A program made the translations under genes and the position numbers. A stretch of DNA of 64,000 nucleotides from Squalus acanthias (lineage: Eukaryota). The notes beneath the pieces were generated by a model, which saw nothing but the letters and a program-made list of their open reading frames with translations, was not told where the DNA came from and made no database searches. The DNA is taken from assembly GCA_030390025.1 (NCBI GenBank), contig CM059431.1, forward strand, positions 121,274,001 to 121,338,000. The letters are read 5' to 3'. This document shows, in pieces, positions 15,601 to 28,233 of the stretch; the first letter of the stretch is position 1; each line of letters starts with the position of its first letter.

Positions 15601-18600
15601 ACACTCACTGACACATTTCACCCAAAAGCATTGCTCCACACTCACTGACACATTTCACCCAAAAACATTGCATCACAGTCACTGACACACTTCACCCAAA
15701 CACATTGCTCCACACTCACTGATACACTTCACCCAAACACATTGCACCACACTCACTGACACACATCACCCAAACACATTGCACCACACTCACTGACACA
15801 CTTCACCCAAACACACTGCTCCACACTCACTGACACACTTCACCCAAACACATTGCAGCACACTCACTGACACACATCACCCAAACACATTGCTCCACAC
15901 TCACTGACACACTTCACCCAAACACATTGCACCACACTCACTGACACACACATCACCCAAACACATTGCACCACACTCACTGACACACTTCACCCAAACA
16001 CATTGCACCACACTCACTAACACACACATCACCCAAACACATTGCTCCACACTCACTAACATACACATCACCAAACACATTGCTCCAGACTCACTGACAC
16101 ACATCACCCACGCACATTGCACCACACTCACTAACACACACATCACCCAAACACATTGCACCACACTCACTAACACACACATCACCCACACACATTGCAC
16201 CACACTCACTGACACACATCACCCAAACACATTGCACCACACTCACTGACACACTTCACCCAAACACATTGCACCACACTCACTGACACACATCACCCAA
16301 ACACATTGCACCACACTCACTGACACACATCACCCAAACACATTGCACCACACTCACTGACACACTTCACCCAAACACATTGCACCACACTCACTGACAC
16401 ACTTCACCCAAACACATTGCACCACACTCACTGACACATTTCACCCAAACACATTGCACCACACTCACTAACACACACATCACCCAAACAGATTGCTCCA
16501 CACTCACTAACATACACGGTGGCATAGTGGTTAGCACTGGTGCCTCACAGCGCCAGAGACCCGGGTTCGAATCTGACCTCGGGTGACTGTCTGTGTGGAG
16601 TTTGCACATTCTCCCCGTGTCTGTGTGGGTTTCCTCCGGGTGCTCCGGTTTCCTCCCACAGTCCAAAAATGTGTGGGTTAGGTTGATTTGGCTATGATAA
16701 ATTGACCCTTAGTGTTAGGGGGGATTAAATATGTGGGGTTATGGGGATAGGATGGGATATGTTAGGGGGGAATTAAATACGTGGGGTTACGGGGGTAGGA
16801 TGGGATATGTGTACTGTGGGGATTAAAGCAGGGACAGGGTACTGGATTTGGATGATCAGCCATGATCGTATTGAATGGCGGAGCAGGCTCGACGGGCCGA
16901 ATGGCCTACTCCTGCTCCTAGATTCTATGTTTCTATGTTTCTATGTTTTACACATCACCCAAACATATTGATCCACACTCACTAACACACACATCACCCA
17001 AACACATTGCTCCACACTCACTGACACACATCATCCACACACATTGCACGACACTCACTGACACACATCACCCAAACACATTGCACCACACTCACTGACA
17101 CACTTCACCCAAACACACTGCTCCACACTCACTGACACACTTCACCCAAACACATTGCTCCACACTCACTGACACACATCATCCACACACATTGCACGAC
17201 ACTCACTGACACACATCACCCAAACACATTGCACCACACTCACTGACACACTTCACCCAAACACACTGCTCCACACTCACTGACACACTTCACCCAAACA
17301 CATTGCAGCACACTCACTGACACACATCACCCAAACACATTGCTCCACACTCACTGATACACTTCACCCAAACACATTGCACCACACTCACTGACACACT
17401 TCACCCAAACACACTGCTCCACACTCACTGACACACTTCACCCAAACACATTGCAGCACACTCACTGACACACATCACCCAAACACATTGCTCCACACTC
17501 ACTGACACACTTCACCCAAACACATTGCACCACACTCACTGACACACACATCACCCAAACACATTGCACCACACTCACTGACACAATTCACCCAAACACA
17601 TTGCACCACACTCACTAACACACACATCACCCAAACACATTGCTCCACACTCACTAACATACACATCACCCAAACACATTGATCCACACTCACTAACACA
17701 CACATCACCAAACACATTGCTCCAGACTCACTGACACACATCACCCACGCACATTGCACCACACTCACTAACACACACATCACCCAAACACATTGCACCA
17801 CACTCACTAACACACACATCACCCACACACATTGCACCACACTCACTGACACACATCACCCAAACACATTGCACCACACTCACTGACACACTTCACCCAA
17901 ACACATTGCACCACACTCACTGACACACATCACCCAAACACATTGCACCACACTCACTGACACACATCACCCAAACACATTGCACCACACTCACTGACAC
18001 ACTTCACCCAAACACATTGCACCACACTCACTGACACACTTCACCCAAACACATTGCACCACACTCACTGACACATTTCACCCAAACACATTGCACCACA
18101 CTCACTAACACACACATCACCCAAACACATAGCTCCACACTCACTAACATACACATCACCCAAACATATTGCTCCACACTCACTGACACACATCATCCAC
18201 ACACATTGCACGACACTCACTGACACACATCACCCAAACACATTGCACCACACTCACTGACACACACATCACCCAAACACATTGCTCCACACTCACTGAC
18301 ACACATCATCCACACACATTGCACGACACTCACTGACACACATCACCCAAACACATTGCACCACACTCACTGACACACTTCACCCAAACACACTGCTCCA
18401 CACTCACTGACACACTTCACCCAAACACATTGCAGCACACTCACTGACACACTTCACCCAAACACATTGCACCACACTCACTAACATACACATCACCCAA
18501 ACACATTGATCCACACTCACTAACACACACATCACCAAACACATTGCTCCAGACTCACTGACACACATCACCCACGCACATTGCACCACACTCACTAACA

Positions 18601-21600
18601 CACACATCACCCAAACACATTGCACCACACTCACTAACACACACATCACCCAAACACATTGCTCCACACTCACTGACACATTTCACCCAAAAGCATTGCT
18701 CCACACTCACTGACACATTTCACCCAAAAACATTGCATCACAGTCACTGACACACTTCACCCAAACACATTGCTCCACACTCACTGATACACTTCACCCA
18801 AACACATTGCACCACACTCACTAACACACACATCACCCAAACACATTGCTCCACACTCACTGACACACACATCACCCAAACACACTGCACCACACTCACT
18901 GACACACACATCACCCAAACACATTGCACCACACTCACTAACACACACATCACCCAAACACATTGCAGCACACTCACTGACACACATCACCCAAACACAT
19001 TGCTCCACACTCACTGATACACTTCACCCAAACACATTGCACCACACTCACTGACACACTTCACCCAAACACATTGCACCACACTCACTGACACACACAT
19101 CACCCAAACACATTGCACCACACTCACTGACACACTTCACCCAAACACATTGCACCACACTCACTAACACACACATCACCCAAACACATTGCTCCACACT
19201 CACTGACACACACATCACCCAAACACACTGCACCACACTCACTGACACACACATCACCCAAACACATTGCACCACACTCACTAACACACACATCACCCAA
19301 ACACACTGCACCACACTCACTAACATACACATCACCCAAACACATTGATCCACACTCACTAACACACACATCACCAAACACATTGCTCCAGACTCACTGA
19401 CACACATCACCCACGCACATTGCACCACACTCACTAACACACACATCACCCAAACACATTGCACCACACTCACTAACACACACATCACCCAAACACATTG
19501 CTCCACACTCACTGACACATTTCACCCAAAAGCATTGCTCCACACTCACTGACACATTTCACCCAAAAACATTGCATCACAGTCACTGACACACTTCACC
19601 CAAACACATTGCTCCACACTCACTGATACACTTCACCCAAACACATTGCACCACACTCACTGACACACACATCACCCAAACACATTGCAGTACACTCACT
19701 GACACACATCACCCAAACACATTGCTCCACACTCACTGATACACTTCACCCAAACACATTGCACCACACTCACTGACACACTTCACCCAAACACATTGCA
19801 CCACACTCACTGACACACACATCACCCAAACACATTGCACCACACTCACTGACACACTTCACCCAAACACATTGCACCACACTCACTAACACACATCACC
19901 CAAACACATTGATCCACACTCACTAACACACACATCACCAAACACATTGCTCCAGACTCACTGACACACATCACCCACGCACATTGCACCACACTCACTA
20001 ACACACACATCACCCAAACACATTGCACCACACTCACTAACACACACATCACCCACACACATTGCACCACACTCACTGACACACTTCACCCAAACACATT
20101 GCACCACACTCACTGACACACATCACCCAAACACATTGCACCACACTCACTGACACACTTCACCCAAACACATTGCACCACACTCACTGACACACATCAC
20201 CCAAACACATTGCACCACACTCACTGACACACATCACCCAAACACATTGCACCACACTCACTGACACACTTCACCCAAACACATTGCACCACACTCACTG
20301 ACACACTTCACCCAAACACATTGCACCACACTCACTGACACATTTCACCCAAACACATTGCACTACACTCACTAACACACACATCACCCAAACACATTGC
20401 TCCACACTCACTGATACACTTCACCCAAACACATTGCACCACACTCACTGACACACATCACCCAAACACATTGCACCACACTCACTGACACACTTCACCC
20501 AAACACACTGCTCCACACTCACTGACACACTTCACCCAAACACATTGCAGCACACTCACTGACACACATCACCCAAACACATTGCTCCACACTCACTGAT
20601 ACACTTCACCCAAACACATTGCACCACACTCACTGACACACTTCACCCAAACACATTGCACCACACTCACTGACACACACATCACCCAAACACATTGCAC
20701 CACACTCACTGACACACTTCACCCAAACACATTGCACCACACTCACTAACACACACATCACCCAAACACATTGCTCCACACTCACTAACATACACATCAC
20801 CCAAACACATTGATCCACACTCACTAACACACACATCACCAAACACATTGCTCCAGACTCACTGACACACATCACCCACGCACATTGCACCACACTCACT
20901 AACACACACATCACCCAAACACATTGCACCACACTCACTGACACACTTCACCCAAACACACTGCTCCACACTCACTGACACATTTCACCCAAACACATTG
21001 CACCACACTCACTGACACACTTCACCCAAACACATTGCACCACACTCACTGACACACATCACCCAAACACATTGCACCACACTCACTGACACACTTCACC
21101 CAAACACATTGCACCACACTCACTGACACACATCACCCAAACACATTGCACCACACTCACTGACACACATCACCCAAACACATTGCACCACACTCACTGA
21201 CACACTTCACCCAAACACATTGCACCACACTCACTGACACACTTCACCCAAACACATTGCACCACACTCACTGACACATTTCACCCAAACACATTGCACC
21301 ACACTCACTAACACACACATCACCCAAACACATTGCTCCACACTCACTAACATACACATCACCCAAACACATTGATCCACACTCACTAACACACACATCA
21401 CCCAAACACATTGCTCCACACTCACTGACACACATCATCCACACACATTGCACGACACTCACTGACAGACACATCACCCAAACACATTGCACCACACTCA
21501 CTGACACACACATCACCCAAACACATTGCACCACACTCACTGACACACTTCACCCAAACACATTGCACCACACTCACTGACACACATCACCCAAACACAT

Positions 21601-21736
21601 TGCACCACACTCACTGACACACATCACCCAAACACATTGCACCACACTCACTGACACACATCACCCAAACACATTGCTCCACACTCACTGACACACTTCA
21701 CCCAAACACATTGCTCCACACTCACTGACACACTTC
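678..21736. repeat. About 21-kb minisatellite, 37-bp unit CACATTGCACCACACTCACTGACACAC(A/T)TCACCCAAA with 38/39-bp variants; roughly 550 units by length/unit estimate
   Basis: Directly visible tandem array with strong C/A strand bias. All Val/Cys-rich minus-strand ORFs here are translations of the repeat. Confidence 0.99.
16518..16948 (+). mobile_element. tRNA-derived V-SINE (HE1-like) inserted in the minisatellite
   Basis: A box GGTGGCATAGTGG, B box GGTTCGAATC, V-domain TGTGTGGAGTTTGCACATTCTCCCCGTG...GGTTTCCTCCCACAGTCCAAA, CR1-type tail GGGCCGAATGGCCTACTCCTGCTCC(TTCTATGT)n. Flanking TACAC direct repeats at 16513-16517 and 16949-16953. Confidence 0.93.
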
Positions 21737-23281
21737 TCTTTCTCTTGCAGGGCAAGGTGGCACATAACAGGTGCCAGCAGCAGCTAACCGGCGGGGTGAC
21801 AGGCACGGCTGCATATCCTGACCCAGCTGGAGGAGAGAGAGCTAAACATTGTTGGAGGGACCACCACTGAGGCCGTGGTGATCAGCGAGTCTGAAAACAT
21901 TGATGATGATTGTGTGCTCATACCTAATCTGCTTCTCACATCCCACTTCCCCCTCATCCCACAATCTCTCCTCACTTACAAGCTACTGATGGTGTAAGCA
22001 TGCACATCTTGTTTCCCCCCCACCTCTCCTCATCACAACCATACCCTTGTGCCTTTCTCCTTTCAGATACCCAAGAACTTCAAGCTTCAAGCCAGTGCAG
22101 GAAGAAGAGGAGAATGATGGAGAAGAAGAGACACAGTTACATGATCTGACACTCCCAGGCACCAGCTCAGAAACTGGCACTGCGCGTACTTTTGAGGGTA
22201 GTATAGAGGCAGATCTGCACGTGGTGAGTCACCGGGCATGAGTGGGCTGCAGCAAGGGCAGAGGGAAAGGGTAGCGTAGGTGCCAGCTCCCCGAAGGGCG
22301 AGGCCACACACGAGTTCTGCTGCAGAGAACTCAGATGAGGACTTTGATGGGGCGGCCTTCAGAAGAAGGGTGATGGGCATGCACACAGAAATGCTTGGTG
22401 CAGTGGCAGGCCTGCCAGAGAGCCTGTTGTCACTGTCAAGGAGCATGGAGGAGTCCAGCTCCAACCTTGCACAGTGCTTTGCAAAGAGCTTGGAGCCCAT
22501 GATTTCCAGGAAGGAAGTGATAGCAACTCCATTAGCACACTTGTGGACCCATCCATGATGCAACGTCTGATGGGCGATGTCGCGGCTTCCACTACAGCAC
22601 AAGCGAAAGCGACCCAAAGTCTGAGTGCTGCAGTGGAAGCTCAGACTGCTGTTATGAAAGCTCAGCTTGCTGCCATCGTGGCTGCATTTACCAGTGTGGA
22701 AAGGGGCTTGCAGAGTGTCACAGCTGTCCAGCAATCTGTCCTCCAACAGATGGCTAGGAATGCTGAGGCACCGCCCCGGGGGAGTTGCAGTGGGTCAGTG
22801 GAGCACGAACCTGCTGTCCTCTCTCAGGATGACAGCATTTGTACTTCCACCACTGCCACTCCACCAGTGCCCTTGCTGTTGCCTGTCAGCCAGCCAGCCC
22901 AGACTGCTGCCGCCAATGCCAAGGTGGTGCAGTCTACAGCCGGGCCTTCTAGGCCCAGAGCTGCTCAAGGTCATCCTGCAAGGCCATCTGCAGTCTCGCC
23001 CACTGAAACTCAGCAGCCTTCCACCAGCCATGCTGCAGCCACTGGGGTAGCACAACATAGGCGCACTAGGACAAGCAAAGGCACATGGAAGACAGGCACT
23101 AAGGGAATGCACAAGGGCGATTAGTTGACTTTGTTGTGGAGTTTTGCAATGAATCATTTAAAAATGATGTTTGTTTTGTGGTGGCTTTCATTTCAGCTTT
23201 GTGGCCAAGAGGATGCTGTGATGTTCCGTGACAGAGTAATGTTAAGGTGGGGAAGTTTTGAGCAACAGGGATCTGGAGTTT

Positions 23282-24621
23282 CATTGAGGGGAAGCGGAGT
23301 CTAATGTTGCGTTAATGGACAGCCCGTCTGGAACATGGATCTGCTGCCTACCTCCTCCTCTTCCTCCTCCTCTTCCTCCTCTTCCTCCTCCTCCTCCTAC
23401 TAAGCTGGTCACAGAACCCATGGTGGCAAGGGCTGCGCCTCATGATGGCAAAATTGTGGAGCATGTAGCAGACCAACATGAATTGGGACACCCACTCCGG
23501 CGATTACTGCAGGGCTCCTCCCGAGCGGTCAAGGCAGTGGAACTGTTGTTTCAGTACCTCGATGGTCTGCTCGATGACGTTCCTCGTGGTTGCATGACTC
23601 TCATTATATGACTGCTGGCCACGAGTGGTGGGGTCATGGAGGGGTGTCATTAGCCAGGTATAGAGCGGATAGTCCTTGTCACCTAACAGCTACCCTCAGG
23701 TTCAATGTGGTGGCTGGAAGATTGCTGGCACAGTGGACTGGCGCAGGATGAAGGCATCATGACTGCTGCCAGGATACTGGGCATTCACCGTCATGATGTG
23801 TTAGGCGTGATCACACCCAACTGCACAATAAGTGAGTGGTAACCTTTGCAGTTACTGAAGATCTCACCATTAAGATGCAGTGCCCACAAAGCCATGTTTT
23901 TTTTAATTTGTTTTTTTTATGGGGATGTGGGCGTCGCTGGTAAGGCCAGCATTTATTGCCCATCCCTAATTGCCCTTGAGAAGGTGTTGGTGAGCCGCCT
24001 GCTTGAACTGCTGCAGTCCGTGTGGCGAATGTACTCCCACAGTGCTGTTAGGTGGCGAGTTCCAGGATTTTAATCCAGCGACGTGTGTGCCGTCGATGGC
24101 GCCCTGCACCACGGGGAAGCCCGATATCCTGGCAAAGCCACGTGCATGCTTCTCCTGCTTCTCTCTAATTGAAGAGAAGGCAATGAAGTCCCCTCTCCTA
24201 AAGTATAGAGCCTCTGTGGCCTCCTGGATGCAGCGATGGATGGCGAACTGCAAAATGTTTGCTACGTCAGCTGTTCCAGCCTTGAAGGATCCTCTGGCAA
24301 AAAAATTCAGGTCCACGGTCCCCTTGAGGGGCACTGGCAGAGCTGTTGTCGCCCTGCTCTGAGGCTGCAGGTCTGGTTCCAAGAAGTGGCAGAGTTCTGT
24401 GACCACCTCCTGGTGAAGCGGAGCCACCGAACACACTGCTCCTGGCTTAGTTGCAGGTAGGAGAAGTGCTCCCTGAAGACCCTAGGTGGTTAAGGCCTCC
24501 TGCTAAGAGCCCTCCTCCTCCTCCTCCTCCTCCTCCCTCTGCGAGCAGCTTGTCTTTGCTGCCTTTGCTCCATCTCCCTGTCACGCTGCAGCGTGAAGGG
24601 TACTGCAACTAGAGCCTCCAA
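23282..24621 (-). pseudogene. Degenerate Harbinger DDE transposase, convergent with the dead Myb gene
   Basis: ORF 23966-24436 (EVVTELCHFLEPDLQPQSRA...GFARISGFPVVQGAIDGTHVA) aligns with the intact transposase. Frameshifts, stops and an insertion at about 23897-24078. Confidence 0.93.
23897..24078. mobile_element. Interspersed retroposon-like fragment interrupting the dead transposase; same family at about 61950-62240
   Basis: T-rich edge then GGGATGTGGGCGTCGCTGG...CATCCCTAATTGCCCTTGAGAAGGTG, repeated near 61950. Breaks the THVAL motif. Confidence 0.7.
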
Positions 24622-24739
24622 TCACGTGGTATACTCAGATGCCTTCCAGTAGCAGCCAACGCCTTCCGAACATCCAACTGCACCTCCTGCATGCTTTAAC
24701 AACTTTTTAAATGTCTTCCAGCAATATATAACAATGATG

Positions 24740-25065
24740 GACCTGAAACTTTAACCCTCCCTTCCTTTCTCTACAGATGCTTCCTGACCTGCTTTGTACT
24801 TCAAGCATTTTCTGTTTATATTTCAGATTTCCAGCATCTGCAGTATTTCACCGATTGTTTTATTGTATATTGAAATGCAACTGCATTTCAAATAAACTTG
24901 AAAAATATTGCAGAGATGAAACGAAAATGCTTGAAGTACAAAGCTGGGCCATCAGCTTCGAAAAAAAGGATGAAGGGTTTCTATCTGACATATGACTCTG
25001 AAATCTCTTTTCAGATGCCAATGAACTTGCTTTGTTTATCCAGAATTTCTGTATTTATTTTAAAA
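24740..25065. repeat. Three short decayed copies of one repeat in alternating orientation, possibly Penelope-related
   Basis: CAGATGC..TGACCTGCTTTGTACTTCAAGCATTTT on + near 24775, its reverse complement near 24925-24950, and a weaker + copy near 25010-25060. Family call is from recollection only. Confidence 0.45.
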
Positions 25066-25524
25066 ATAATGTAAGCATCCTGAATTAGAGCACTCCAAAA
25101 GTAGAAGTACAGGATTACTCGGTGGAGAAGTGCCTGTGGACCAGGCATGCATTAGGCTCATTAAGGCCTCAAAACAGAATCACCTACCTAACAACTTATT
25201 TACAGCACTGCATAGTACCTCTGAGCTTTTAATTTGCTTCATATTGTGCTTGCTGTGTGATTAAATATTTTGTGAGTAATGGTAGGTAATGGAGGAGCAC
25301 TCCATACACAGTAGCTTTTGGAATATTCGAGTGTTGTCCTGCATATCAACGTCATAAATAATCCTCTCAGCAAAACATTTCTGTTTTGTTTACTGCCTCT
25401 GTGCCACTTACTGTTTCATAATCTAATTCTATTAATTTTTGAGATGGGCTGGCAAAACAATAAACTTTTATAATGGAGATATGTTTAGGATCTAGCCACC
25501 AATATTGCAAGAATATGTCATATT

Positions 25525-25800
25525 GCTGTGGGTTCAAGTCCCACTCCAAAGACCTGAGCACAAACTCTAGGCAGACACTTCAGTGCGGTACTGAGGCAGT
25601 GTGGCACTGTAGGAGGGGCCGTCTTTCAGATGAGATGTTAAACTGGGGCCCCATCTGCCTCTCAGGTCGACGTAAAAGATCCCGCGGCACTTTTCAAAGA
25701 AGAGCAGAGGAGTTTTCCCCAGGGTCCTGACCAATATTTATCCTTCAGCCAACACCTAAAAACAGATTATCTGGTCATTATCACATTGCTCTTTGTGGCA
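25525..25800 (+). mobile_element. Deu-domain SINE (SacSINE1-like), partial
   Basis: B box GGTTCAAGTCCC and body GTAAAAGATCCC..GGCAC..TT..AAGAAGAGCAG shared with four other copies in the window. Confidence 0.75.
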
Positions 25801-26249
25801 GCACATCCACAATGATCAAAAAACTTTTACTTTCTTTGCTTCAGACGTCTTACTTACTGTTACCAGCATTTACCATAATTCTCTAGCTCACTGGAATAGA
25901 CTTTAGCTCCTCACCATTATCATTGCTTGTCTTATTCTTTGGTTCCAGTGACTTTCTTCCATGGCTCCTTTCTTTACCCAAATCTTCCTTTTTCTTTCAA
26001 CATCTGCTACACTTTGCCACTATTTCTTTCATTCCTTTTTCTTTCTTGTTGCTGCAAACCGTTGTTGGTTTTCTAACACCTTAGCACTTTGTTTTGAATT
26101 CCATACTGTTGATTTTTCTGTCAGGTGAGAAAGCCAGTGCCACATTGGAGTAACAGATCAGTTAAAGTTTAGAATACAGACAGTATTCTTTTTGTTTATT
26201 GGTAGTTTGCAATCTACACTTCAATATACTGGAACAGTAACAACTACTG

Positions 26250-28233
26250 CACTCTTCCTTAACTCCAGGTGGATTCCCCGCTCAGGCCTGAGTTAAAATT
26301 ACAGTCGGGTCTCAATGATGGGCTCAGAGTGCGGGATTGGAGGCGGGTCCGCTGTCAAACCCGCCTCCTTGTCAGTTTCCCAAGTGTCGGGTCTGTCATC
26401 CCTGAACAGACCCGACACCAAGCGGTGGGTCAGCCAATTTAGATAATTAAAAGCTTATTAAAAGGTAGTTAAGAAACATTTCCCCATGTACTTACCATTT
26501 TAGCAGGTTTTCAATGAGGATCCCGGAGAGTGGCTATCATGTCAGGTAAGTATGTCGGGTTCTCAATGACTGTGGATTGCTGTGAATAGGTGAAAGCTGC
26601 AAAAGTGGTCTAAAACCTACCAGTTCACAGCTGTTCACTTCCCAATCTTAGAAGCTGGAGTATTAATGATTGGAACCCACTTTTGAGCTGTATGAACTTT
26701 TGAAGTGTTTGCAGTAATCTCTCTATCCACTGTCACCTCCTTGGAACAACCTATCTCACCATTGACAGATCGATTTTGTCATCTTATCCTCACCTGCCAT
26801 CTATTACATCAGCATCGGTGCCCTTGAAAATATTTCACCTTGGTCCTCAGAATCCCACCACGATCAGCCCCAACACCAACATCACCAGGCACAGCAGCAT
26901 CACCAATAACAACACCAATTTGCTCCGTAATCACCTGATGCTGCACAAGACACAGGATGTCAGCACCTGACCACATTGCTGCCCAGGAGGCCAGGGATTT
27001 ACTTCACTTGACACTGTACACCCTGGCTGCCACATGATGCGCCAGGTTGGCACCACCCCATACCAACACCATAAAGCATCCCTACAATGCCCAAGCCATT
27101 CCTTTCACACACATCACCATTGCGGGAGTTAACATTATGTCTCACCATTCACTGCAACTCACGAAGCCACTTCCAAAGATGCACACAAATCTGTCCAAGA
27201 ACGGAAAGTGTTGAAAATAAAGGTTTCAATGTTTGGCAGCACATCAACAGAAACTTTACATGAATATTGGCGAAAACACCCAAGTGCCTACCCTTGTGTG
27301 TTGTTAGTTGGTATGATTGGACAAGAGTGAGATTGAGTGTGTGGGGTGGCTAGGGAGATGTGGATGTGATAATGTAGATAGAGAGGGATGGGTGGAAGTA
27401 CAAGGTAAGTTGGTGTGAGTAAGGATGTGCAGGATTAGGGTAGGGAAGGCAGAGTGATGGGGATGTGATGAGTGGCTCAGCAGGATGAGGCTGAGTGTGA
27501 CTTTGCAGTAATGTTTTGTGATCTACTGAGATCATGGAAAGGTTTGCGCCACTGCAGCCTGGTCCTCCTGATGACGTCCCTGCTTGTGCCCTCCTGTGCA
27601 ATGTGCAACCAGGCTGCGTTGGTGTCCTGGGGAGGTCTCTTCCGTCCATTGGAAGGGAAGGGAACCTCCCTGCGCGCTGTGACTCCCTCCATAATCATAT
27701 GGAGGGAGTCATGGGAGAGCCTGGATGCAGCCGTGCACCTTTGTGCAGTGCTCGTCAGTATTTGCAGCACCTCAATGCTGTAGAACACTGACAGCACAAA
27801 TGTCAAAATGATTGTGGACATGGTCCCTTTAAGGAAACCGGGGGATGACGCCTCATCAAATGATGTCATCAGACCCGCTTCCTTTTAATTGGCCGAGAAC
27901 CTCGCAGGATGGGCTTAACAAGTCCAATCAATGGAAAATTCTTGTCACAGAGTGGGATGGAGCCGGGAGCAGGGTCACAACCCACCACCTACCTCGGCCA
28001 CACTGAGCCTGCCTCGGTAGGAGAAATCGCGGCCGATGTCATCGGGCCGCAACATGCATATGTAACGAAGGACCCTGTTGGCTCCGGCGCTTGTCCTTGC
28101 TGCCTGCTCAGGAGAGCAAGTTAAAATTGCAGATTTTGCAATCAGGGTGGCTTTCGGACAGGTAAAAGCCAGGCCGATTTTAACTGCCCACCCGCCAGGT
28201 TTCTGCTGAGCGAGTAGGGTTAAAATCACCCCC
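26250..28233 (-). mobile_element. Non-autonomous Harbinger deletion derivative, copy 1 (left boundary approximate)
   Basis: Decayed Myb exon (SLHMIMEGVTARREVPFP...WLHIAQE...LQWRKPFHDLSRS), colinear with 44574-46655 and 57561-59076. Right end TAAAATCACCCCC. Confidence 0.8.

Larger units (their letters stand above)
311..23124 (+). pseudogene. Myb/SANT-like DNA-binding gene of a dead Harbinger transposon (exon 1 remnant 311-455, exon 2 21751-~21911, exon 3 22067-23124)
   Basis: Exon 1 reads QWEEIAEAVNASNHAPRNWIQC*KKFNDLTQVVK then GTCAGT donor at 456. Exon 2 follows TTTCTCTTGCAG and reads GKVAHNRCQQQLTGG, compare AKLAHNRRQQQRTGG in the intact copy. Exon 3 follows CTTTCAG|AT and matches ORF 40398-41309 (GMHTEMLGAV, VQSTAGPSRPR). 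Stops and frameshifts present. Confidence 0.9.

Noticed and set aside
16518..16590. tRNA gene
   Set aside because: A and B boxes belong to the SINE head and run into the V-domain and LINE-derived tail.
2414..21546. Dozens of Cys/Val-rich minus-strand ORFs resembling metallothionein or keratin-associated proteins
   Set aside because: Translations of the 37-39-bp minisatellite; the 37-bp unit is not a multiple of three and there is no gene structure.
678..21736. CRISPR-like array or telomeric repeat
   Set aside because: Units are head-to-tail with no unique spacers, there are no cas genes, and the unit is not TTAGGG.
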